DNA from: Phoronis australis
Taxonomy: Eukaryota > Animalia > Phoronida
Reading direction: 5' to 3'
Length of the DNA stretch: 64,000 nt
NCBI GenBank assembly: GCA_002633005.1
Contig: NMRA01000017.1
Span: 1,568,944-1,632,943 of the forward strand
The notes beneath the pieces were generated by a model. The model made no database searches, had not been told where the DNA came from, and saw only the letters and a program-made list of their open reading frames with translations. Shown in pieces: positions 25,001 to 37,000 of this stretch; the stretch's first letter is position 1, and every line of letters starts with the position of its first letter. The position numbers were made by a program, and so were the translations under genes.

Positions 25001-28000
25001 ATCCGCTGTCTGACCAATGTAATACAATGTGTACTCTTTACATTCCTCTATCCACATAGGCACTGGCACAATCCGGTCCAAAAACTGTGTTGGGTTCACG
25101 TATTCATACTCATCGTCACTGGTGAGGGTTGTGTCTGGTGCCGGCGTTTTACGCATGACAAAGTGAATAAAATTAGGGTTGCACTGAGATTTCATGACAT
25201 TGCCTATGGGTTTGCCTGCCTCAATCACGACACCGTCAGTCGTAATGTGCAATAACGGTTTGACATTACTGATAATTATCTCGTATTCACGAAAGCTGTC
25301 ATCACCTGGAATAATGATGACTTCATTATCGCTGCGTTTCTTCACCAGGCCAACTACAGGATTAACGAGCTGAAAAAACAAACAATAATTGACAGTATCT
25401 CATTACAGCGTTCTCCCTTTCAGTGACTTTATCAGAAGGAGAGGGTTGTGAGTCTGTGATAACATCTAGCTCCTTCATTAACTGCCTAGCACAGTCTTTT
25501 ATCTGGTATGACAACAGGCAGGCCAATTATCTACCAGGTTTATTACAGACGAGGGGTGAACACAGTCAAACCCAGAGCGAATTGGTATGTTCGGAAAGAA
25601 TAGATTGTCGTAACTTTGGATGTAGTTGGGCGATTTTGGTGATTCAAAAACTAAACATGACCAGCATTTGACGAGGTATTCAGAAATACTATTGGTTTAT
25701 GATCAAATATGTTATAACTTAACTTTTATTTTTAACAGCACAGCCCAGTCAGGCTAGATATGTTTTTCACTGGAGATTAGAGCAAGAAACGAGACCTGGC
25801 CTTCCAACCACAAATGCCAGTGAATCAGTCGCGTAAGATATTGGCTACAGGGGTCATCTTTGCAACTTGTTGTTGGGCTATAGGATCAAACAAGTTGGGA
25901 TCAACAGGAAAACGCCGTAATGTGATGATTCATATATTTCAAAAAAAAAAATGATGATAGACATTATCATTCATCCAGGTGAAAGGTTTCCCAATAAAAT
26001 AAGATTTCCTAATTCTCCATGATGACAGAATACAAATGAGACAAATACAAGTATCTTGGTGTAGTATTCACACCAAAGTTATTGTGGTCTATAGACTCAA
26101 TTCACGCCGACAGGAGGTGCGTTCCAAAACGAGACTCACTACGATAGCAGTGTTAGCTTATCGGCTTAGTGGTGTAGGGCCGCGTTACTCAAACGGCTAG
26201 AAAAAATATGGAAACACAACTGTCTGCTTTACAATCCCTAAGGACGTTGAGATTCGAAAGCGTTGGGTCGTTGCCATATGCCGCGACGAAGGAAAATATG
26301 TCTGCATAAAATTTATAAATGTTTTCGAAAAGTTTAGATCAGTTGTCGCATCTCGGTTGTCAAGCATAGATAGCAACGGCCGGAGAATCTTTGGCCAGCC
26401 AGGCTCATGACTACAGGTTGAAACATGATGCATTTTTCTTTCCAAAAAGGACAGGAACCTCAATCCCTCGATTTTAGGGCCAAATATCGTCCATATTTAC
26501 GCTCTGTGACGTATCTGTTATCTAAGAAAGACTTTCTACAAAACCGTGGTGCATTGCTATCAAACTTTGCTGCTAAATTACGATCATTTTACAGAAAATT
26601 GTGCTGAAATCTCAGGGCGAAAACTCGCCGACTGACTGCCTCGCAATCGTCGACATGCCAACTTGAATGCTTGAATAAAAATACAGTTTCGGCCCAAGCA
26701 AATTACCTGAAATCCTCCTTAAGTTTTCCAAGTAGCGTCCCTAAGATTTTTAAGTTTCCGTGGAGTCGGGATCACGGCAGGTTTAAGTACAAATCTGTGC
26801 TACATTTTGCCATCTACATGTATGATCGGCAACATGAGAAAAATGTCTGGACGAACACACATGTTGTTGTCACGTGACTTTTGTTTTGAAGTTTGTCTGC
26901 TTTTGTGAGTAAGCGAGCGCCTGCATGTCACCTTCATTTGCCAGAGCAGAGACCGTCTTTTGGCCAGAGCCACGCAATCTAACGAGCTAGATGTGCATTG
27001 TATCTAAAGAAATTTGCACCGGCAGTAGGCCTAAACCAGAGTGTGTTTCATTCAGCACTTGCCCGTCTTATGTGCTAAAAACATTCGACATTTGTCTCGG
27101 TAAGGTCCATATTAGTCGCCGTGTGGGTGGATGCGTACGTGACTATCTGACAGTTATTTTTCGGTGTAAGGGTGTGTAAGCATTCACTGTCAGTGGTCAT
27201 TTTATCAGATATTTGGATTAAAAACACCAATTATGGTTAATCAAACAATTCATCTTAAAAATAACGCAAACATTTTTTATAGTTGTATTAGAAACTGTTG
27301 GAAATTTGTGCCAGTGTCGATGCTATGCTACCCGTTTCATGAATGGATAGTTCCCGACTAATGTCTTTGATGACAGGTTCATGTATGTAGCGTGCGCTTC
27401 CTGGCCACGTGCTTTTAACACTGGCCAGGCTTTTTATTAGTCTTCGATTCGCGGTTTTCACGTGCACAAAGAAATTTGGATTCCTCTTGAAAGCGGGAAA
27501 TATCTACAAAGCAATCCATCTGTAGACAAGTACACTACTTCTGTTTTGAAAGGCCACATCATTGGTCCTGGCAAGATCAGCAGAACTTTTGTGTTTGTTT
27601 TGACTAGGCATGGTGGAAGTTTGAAGTGTATAGTCACGGCTAAATACCGACATAGCGGCGAGTCTCGTGGACAACAAATTCTGCGCACAATGATTTTTTC
27701 AGGACTGTCGGATATTATTGATAAATTGAAGAGACGTTACTGTAGAATTTTAGGACTGTAGGTAAGGCATTTTCCCAACGTGACCCAACCAAAAGGTTCA
27801 AAAAGTCTTCTGAGTCTAGATAGATTAGGTATAAGACACGTCATTCAAATTTTGACGGGCCACTGCAACCTAACCTAACACAGACGCATTACTGGGCATA
27901 TGGGGAGCCCTGTGTGTCCCGAGTGTGGTACTGACGTAGAATCTCCTAAACACCTGGTAGAGTCTTGCCCAGCTTTTTATAGGCTAAGGAGCAACCTACT

Positions 28001-31000
28001 GGATGGCACTGTTACATGCCTACAACATATAGTGCATGGCAACAAATGGAAACGTCAGTCCGTTTTCCTAAAGGAGACTGGCAGACTTGAAAACTTTCTT
28101 CACGAGGAGCCATAATTGGGCTTTCGTGATTTTGCTCCAGTGTTTTGTGCAATGGGCCCAATCATGAGGCCTGCACACGTCTGATGCACCGCAAATGACA
28201 TCAGACCACCTGCACTGTTTTTTTTTTTTTTTTAAGGCATTTCTCGCACATACATGTTCATGGACTGGGCGCTTATTTTAGCAAAGTCTGAAAATGCATC
28301 GGAGGTGCTTGTAGGGGCATGAGCGGTTATTACGGTGAATACGGTTCTTAAATTAGCACTACCCAGTAAATACTGAGTCTCCATAAAGTTGTAGAGATAC
28401 AATGTTGAAGAAATAGGGAACACCACAATGAAATAGCGGTTGGCAAATAAGTAAAAATTAGTAAAAGCTAGAGCAAAATTTGACTGAGTTTCGACCAAGA
28501 GGTAGCGGTCAACATTTCTTGAAACTGCCCTCAGAAAATGTCATGGCAACTATTTTGAACTTACCTTAGCGTTGCTGTTGGCACGGATATCAACACCATC
28601 CAGAAACTTTGAGTTAACAGTGGAAGGGAAGTTACCGCAAGCACAAGGACTGTCGTCACAATCAACACGATGCGATGGAAATCTGACGTGAAACTTGGGG
28701 CCAAACAACTTCCTTATCAAAGCTCTAGACTTGTCAACACTTAAAATATAAAATCAATTTTGACATTGAATAATTCCACACACACATTCTGTAACAATTT
28801 TGAAAAAACTAATTCTTCATTACAGTTGATGACTACCGTATTTGCCCCAATAAGTGCCCTGGTTGTTTAAAACAATTTGTGAGGGTGAAAACTCGCCAAC
28901 TGATGCGTCACTGCCTCGCAATTGTCGATATCGAAACTTGAATGCTTGAATGAAAACAGTTAATTTCGACTCAGTTACTTGAAATCCTCCTTAAGTTTTC
29001 CAAATAGCATCCCCACAATTTTAAGTTCCTGTGGTGTCCAGATTTACAGCAGGATAAGTTCAAATCTGTGCTGGATCGTGCCATTTATGATCATACCCTG
29101 CAACACGAGAAAAATCTCTGGACGAACACACATGTTGTTGTCACGTGACATTTGTTTTGAAGCTAGTCTGCGTCACTGTGTAAGCCAGCACAAGCGTGTC
29201 ACCTGAGCGTTCATTTGCCAGAGTAAATGCAATGTACTGAGGTAGATTTGCATTGTATCTAAAGAAATTAGCACAAACAGCAAAGCGTGTTTTGTTTAGC
29301 AATTACTGGTCTGACATCTGCTAAAAATGTTCAACAATTGTATCAGTAAGACCGATGTTGAATATCATTGAGATGCCGGGTGACTGGATGCGGACGTGAC
29401 AGTCTGACATATTTTATTTTTTGGGAGAATTGGGTGTAAGAGTGCATATTAAGTACTCACTGTCACTTGGTCGTTTCATCAGATATTTGACTTCAAAAAC
29501 ACCTGTCATGATTAATTAAACAATCCCTCTAAAAATAACAAAAAGTTTTACGGTATTAGAAACTTTCGGAAATTAGTGGCAATATTTATTTCTTGCTGAT
29601 GCTATGCTACCCGTTGTGAATAGATAGGTGGTGAAGACTAATGTCTGCGATGACAGGTATGTAACATGTGTTTCCCCGGCCAAGTGCTTTTAACACCAAG
29701 TTGTTATATTAGTCTTCAATTTGTGGTTTTAACATGTATAAAGAAATTTGGAATCTATGTTGAGGGTGAAGATATGGAATCTGTACGCGAAAGATTCAAT
29801 CCCATTTACAACTATACTGTGTCTCTTCTGAAATGCCAGACCATAGTGGGACATATTCCTCGCAGGATCAGCGAAACTTTTGCATTCTTTTTGAAGCACT
29901 GCGGAAGTTTGAAGTGTATAGTCACGGCTAAATACCAACATAGTGGCGAGCCTGATGGTTTAGAAATTTTGAACACAATGATTTTTTCGGACTGCCGGGT
30001 CTTGTTGATGAATTGAAGACATTACTGTGGAATTTTACCACTGTAGGTAAGGCATTTTTTGCCTGTACGTCATGTTCGTGGGCTGGGTGCACATTTCAGT
30101 GAAGTCTGAAAATGCGTGGGGTGCTTATAAGGGCATGGGTGCTTATTAGGGCCAATACGGTATTAATGCAGAGGCACGAATTAAATAAAATATGACTTTT
30201 GGTTTACAAATTTAGCGCATGGCACGTTTTTGTATTGATGTACAGGTGTTACCTTATAGATAAAAACAAATTAGCAAGCAATAGTACCTTAAGTCTAGAA
30301 AGGTCTAAATAGTAACGGAAATGATCCTTGGCTATTCAAATTTGGTAACATTCAAATGACTTATGCTGCAGGCACTACTAGTGCAGTCCACTTCTCAGTC
30401 AGTTATAGGCAGTACTTGTGGCACTGCATATCGTTCATTTTGAGAAATAATTTGGGAGTCAAAGAAATGAAAACTCAGAAATGTTAGAATATAAACAATT
30501 TGGATATTATGAAAATCTTGGTCATGAAATAAATATGGTAATTCCTCTTGCAACTGACAAAAGATGACCTTTGGGTGCTTTTTTCTTCTATGGTCACAGT
30601 GGTAAATCTGATATGTGACTGAAATAAAATTTAACGTTATAGACTTTATCGACAAATATTTTGTATTTAACCAAATATTTATAAAACTATAGATTTTAGC
30701 TCAGTAAAATTGCATATTTCTGAAAGTAGAATGCCTTTAAAATATGATTTTTGACTTTTTCCCATGAATCTGCATTATTTAATTTGGTCATAGGACCATG
30801 TTTTTTGGTAACACATCGACAGCAAAAAATTAGAGCATGAATGGCATGATCAAATTTCAATGATGTAAATGGGTCAGGTGAAATCTCAAAGCTTCCTAAA
30901 TCATTTCATTTCATGTAGCTTTTATCATGAAAATCATGGAAAGTCCTATGTTTATAGTCCCTCATACAACAGTGGAGAATTTGAAAAACAATAATTGCTA

Positions 31001-34000
31001 ACAGCATTTTGGAGAAAGATGCAGAAAGCATAATTTCATATGGATTCGATTAGCCATTTCTGAGATATGACATTCCAAAGTTAGCCAAATTTGGACACAT
31101 TTCTAGGGTCCTATGTAACCTCAACACATCATTGTCATACATGTAGTGTTACCATAGTAACAAAAAATCAATGAAGTATCCAATCAATCAGGGTGTAACT
31201 TACATCGTCTTCAAATCAAAATATGCTTTCTTCACAGAACGAATGACATCAAATATTGAATTGTAAGCATTGATGAATGGTTCTGCTATCTTCCTCAATT
31301 CTTCAACAGGAGAGAGAGTCTCCTGTAGCATCTTTAGAAACTTTTCGGCTATTTCCCTTTCTTGTTGTTCCTGGAAAGAGAATATTGTTAAATGCAAAAA
31401 CAGGTCCATCACTTCTCAATAATAATATAATTATTTACCCTCGCGCAGTGGAATGAGTATCCTCATTGACTGATCGACCAGTCGCGATACAGCCATGTCG
31501 TTATCAGTTTGACGGTGGCAAACCAATGTTTACATAGTCCAGCTGTCTTATTATCTGCTTTCATTTGATGCTCATGGAATCCAGCAATTATGTTGTAAAC
31601 AGCACACCTGATGCTAACCGATATTTAAAAATACTATTTGCAAACCACGTTCAACAAATGCTGAATTTGTTCCCGACTAATGCCTTTGATGACAGGTTCA
31701 TGTATGTAGCGGCGCTTCCAGGCCACGTGCTTTTAATACCGGTACTCGCAATATCAGCAGAACTTTTGTGTTCGTTTTGAGGCATGGTGGAAGTTTGAAG
31801 TGTATAGTCACGGCTAAATACCGTCATAACTGTGAGGCTCGTGGTCTACAAATTCTGCGCACAATGATTTTTTCAGGACTGTCGGATATTATTGATAAAT
31901 TGAGGATGTTACTGTAGAATTTAAGGACTGTAGGTAAGGCATTTTTCGCACGTACACGTTCATGGACTCTGGGCGCTTATTTTAGCAAAGTCTGAAAACG
32001 CGTAGGGGGCGCTTATAGGGGCATGGGCGGTTATTACGGCAAATACGGTAGTTGCAATCCAAGTAGAGGCTGCGTGGTCACTGGTCGTCTGCGCTCTACA
32101 GGGCAAAGTAACAAGACCGCAGGACGGCACGAGGCTATTACTCAGCAATTCTGTAAATTTAATAGTGAATAACTAACCTGAGTGCAAGAGTACCTTTGTT
32201 AGGATCATCAGCTGTTATGACATTTTTCCAGTCATGTGGCAACGTGACGATAAAGCTCTTTGAAAAGTGCTACGCGAGGTAAGATTAACTGCCCACTCCC
32301 ATTTGTCTGTCGTAATAAGCGCTCATGTTCGGTTAAGTGCTCACTAGTGACTTCTTAAAACTTCCCGTTTAAGCTCCCATATCTGGTTAACCGCACCCCC
32401 CCATTTTTTGGGTTCGCCAATTTAACCACCCAGGGCATTTACCCGAACATTTACGGTAAAAACACTAACTAATTAAATTTAATAAAGAACCTGCAGTGGG
32501 TTTAGTATATACAGCTATGGGCACAAAACAAAACTACCACTAGGAGGTGCCACAGTAGTCAAAGTTGTCATCGTCAACTGTCCTCTTCACACTGAGAACA
32601 TACATGCCAATTTTCAAAACCATCCTTAGAATGATTTGGTTGATAGAGGGTAGATACCAAAAAACAGACTTGAAAACGGCAAAAATGGTCACTAGGTGGC
32701 GCAAAATACCTTGATTCCATCCGAAAACAGGAGGATAGCGTCATCTCACCAATACATGTCCGTATTCAAATTTTCACAATCATCCTTTGAGCGATTTGGT
32801 TGATAGAAGTGTGGATACAAAAAAACAGACTCAAAAACAGTAAAAATGACCACTAGGTGGCACAAACTACGTCAAATGCATCTGAAAACGGGAGGATAGC
32901 GTCATCTCACTAATAAGTGCCTACATACCAAATTTCATAAAAATTCGTTTAGGACTTTTGAAGATACAAAGATAAGCGTAAAAAAACTAAAATTGCTACT
33001 AGGGGGCACACCGGTAGTTGGATCCGTCCCATTGATGAATGGAACATATGTCTTAAATTTCATGAACATATGTCAAAGGGTTTTGGAGATAGAGCAGCGG
33101 ACGCCAGACGGACGCCGTCCAGACGGACGGAGATGTTGACATAATGCGTCCACATATAAATACGTGGGCGCATAAAAATTGCCAATAGGTGGCACACAAG
33201 AAGTCAGATCTGTACGAAAGTCGTCGTTGTCCATTGTCATCATCATATAAATGCCCTTACTGAGCTTCGTAAAGATTCTGGAAACAGTTTAGGAGATAAA
33301 GCCATAGGCACAAAAAAAAAAAAAAACTGCCACTAGGAGGCGCCACAGTAGTTGAAGTCGTCGGAAAATCATCGCCAACCGTCCTCTTCATAGTAATATA
33401 ATACATGCCAATTTTCACAACCATTCTTAGAGTGGTTTGGTTGATAGAGGGGTGGACACTAAAAACAGACTCGAAAACAGTAAAAATGGCCACTAGGTGG
33501 CGCAAACTACGTCGAATCCCTTCCGAAACGGAAGAATACCGTCGTCTCACTAATAGATGCCTATATACTAAATTTTGTGATATGTTAAGGACTTTAATGA
33601 ACTTACAGAGGTAAACGTAAAAAAACTAAAATTGCCACTAGGGGACATACCAATAGTCGGATCCATCCGAAAGTTTGCTCATGCCGTCCCATCAATGAAA
33701 GGAACACGTGCAAAATTTTTAGAACATATGTCAATCGGTTTTGGAGATAGAGCAGCGGATGCCGGATGGATGCTGGATGGACGCCGCCTGGACGGACAGA
33801 GATGACGTCATAATGCGTCCACATACAAATATGTGGGCGCATAAAAATGGAGACCTGAGTGACCTGCGCACCTCTGGTACAACCACCTGCAGATAATTCT
33901 TCAGAGTGGTTTAGTTGATATAGGAGCAAACGCCAAAAAAACACTCAAAAACAGTAAAAATGGCCACTTACCCCAGATCCACTTGTAAGCTAAAAGGCGA

Positions 34001-37000
34001 TGTTATCGATATGTGAGTGCATAAAAAAGACCTTTACATTGGTTTGATTACGCTATCAGCGCAGGAAGGCTTAATCATTGGAAACATGTGTTTACCTGTG
34101 TTAAGATACCATCTCCTGGCCCAACTCGTGGATCACGCTTCACTTGTGACAACATGCTTCCTGAACGCTTAAGGAAGGCCTTGACTTGATTGAAGGCAAC
34201 CTTGATGTCTTCAATGAGGTATTCCAACTCGTTCCCAGGGTTCATCCAGTAGGGTAGCTCACCTTAAACCCATGCAGCAAAAAACATTGTACATGAACTC
34301 CCATAAGACGATAATTATGTAATACGGTAGTTGGTATTTTTATGATTAACATATGTCCTGAATAATATTAAAAATGATACCTGCATCACAAGCTCGTTAC
34401 CAGAGATGAAAAGGAGATCGTGGTAAGCAATATAAGGTCATTTATTATGACTAATACAATTATAAGTAATAGATAATGAATAAAAATAAGTAGGACAACC
34501 TCTGGTAAGATGGGCAATAAAAAAGAGCCAGCCACGTGGAGGTACAAAAAGTGCTGAAAGGGGGGATGGTAGGGGGTGGGAAAAATGCAGAAGTTTTAGG
34601 GAGTAAGTCAGTTGTGGCTGGCACAATGAAATTGAAGGGAAACACCAGTCTGAGATTACACTAAGGACATGGGTACAAATCATCAGCCTATGAAAGCCAA
34701 AACCTGACCCTTGTTATCCCAGCAGGTGATAACAATAGACCAATATAACAATAGACCAATAAGAAGGCTGGGAAAATGACATGCAGTCCTACACAAAGGA
34801 ATTGGAGCACTAGACCAAAATGAGGGACAAAAGGAGTAAGATGGGTCCATATGAACACATTAACACATTTAACAAGTGAAATACCATTTATGATCAACAT
34901 ATGTCCCAAATAATATTAAATGATATGGGCATCACAAGTTCGTTACCAGAGATGAAAAGGAGACAGAGGTAGGCAATGTAAGGTCATTTGTTATGACTAA
35001 TACAATGGGAAGTAATAGATAGTGAATCAAAATAAGTCAAATAAAAAAATTATAATCTCTGCTAAGATGTACAATAAAGAAGAGCCACAAGAGATGTTGT
35101 AAGATAGCACATCTATCAACGTGACAAAGTCAACGTGCCTTCCAGTCACTACCCAAGCAGGTTATCTAATTGCTATTCTTCTAGAGACATTAAAGTCATA
35201 ATTTGGTTTCTTTATCTAACAAAACAAAACTAAATAAATGAAAATATAACAAGGTTGATGATTTCAGTCGCCATTTTACATATACAAAGGTTGAACTGAA
35301 AACTATTGTTTATGACACAACGAATGCATGGGTGAATTATGTTGCAGAGACCAAGTCAATATATTTTGTAGTTATCATGAATAACATTGTTTGGCAAAGA
35401 AGAGGAGTGGTTATAGAACCTACATGCCAATGAAAGCCATAAAATGACTGAATTACGCAATCTGTATTCACCGTTTCAGAAATGTGATTTTCATTTGAAA
35501 TGTTAATAGGCCAGTTTAGGGCCTCTTTCAATGGGTTACACAGATTCAAATAGATGAGAAGGGGTTGACATCTTTCAGAGTTTGCCAAGAGCATGGTCAC
35601 CGCAGTGTTTAAAACTAGAGTCGGTGGTCAGCTATCTTCAGGAAAATACGGTGTTCTGTGTTACAGTCCGTCAGCTACTGCAATAAAACTAGTGGTATTT
35701 CCCCGCAACATCAGCACAAGTCAGTGTCATGTCGAGAACACATCCACTAAAACAAGAAACTGTAGGAACACCGCATTTATCCACCTTCACTCTTATCAGG
35801 CTTCTGTTGTGAGTCAGCATGCGTGAATAATTGGCTGATAAGCCACCTCTGGAACTACTTTTGGCTGAATGGATGACCAGGCCATAAAATGATAATATTA
35901 GCCAAGACCAGTTACTAATGCAACAAAGAATAATGTCGTAGTATCACCTAGCCTTGGTGGAAAGCTGTATACTGTATTGGCTCTAATAAACGCTTAGAAA
36001 AAATCATTTCACGGGGAGGGGATTCTTATTGTAGCCTACGGCAGTTGAAAGCCGGTTTCCCAAACGGGTAAAATCGGAAGCTAGGATTCATAAAATTTAC
36101 GCTTTGTGACGAATTTTTAGCCTATGACAGTCTTTCTACAAAATTGTGGTGCATTGCTATGAACTTCCGTTGTTAAATTACGATAATTTTTCAAAAAATT
36201 GTGCTCATCACAGGGCGAAAACTTGCCGACTGATGCGTCGCCGCTGAATCGCCATCGTCAATAGGAAAACTTGTACTCTTGAATAAAAATATAGTTTCGA
36301 CTCAACAAATTACCTGAAATCTTCCTGATGTTTTACAATTTTTAAAGTTCATGTGGAGTCCAGATTAATTGCGATTAAGTCCAAATGTGCGCTACATCGT
36401 ACTCCACAACAAGAGAAAAATCTCTGGATGAACACACATGTTGTTGTCACGTGACGTTTGTTTTGAAGGTCGTCTGTGTATGAGAGTGAGTGAGCGTGCG
36501 TGTGCGGGTCATCGACGATAGACTTTTTTGTTACAAAAGGCGGAGGATTATGCAAGAAAATGGCGTTTACTAGATTGTTTTTCACTTAAACGGCTGTAAC
36601 GTGCAAGGTGAGTGCTGGTTAACTCACAGATTTTGTGTGCACAGGCCGACTGTCGTTAGCTCTGCCGTGGAGTATTAATAGTCCAAGGCTCGATCTACAT
36701 GTTGGGGACGAAATGAACTACCCGGGCTGTGTGAAATTTCTGGGTCTAACGGAGACACTGACGCAGTGGTCAGTCAGATCGCTGTATCAAGACTATAGTC
36801 AAAATCCAAATTCGTTTTATCGTGTCCCTGTCAATAATAACGGCATGTTAAAGCCTTCTTAATTTTCGTACTTCAGGAACATAACAATCACGTGTTTTGT
36901 ACACATACGCGCACGCCGCAGATCACATCTCGGAAATTGCCGATTTGACGGATGACAATGAATGAACACAATGAAATTAACAACGTCGTTTTACAGCTTG

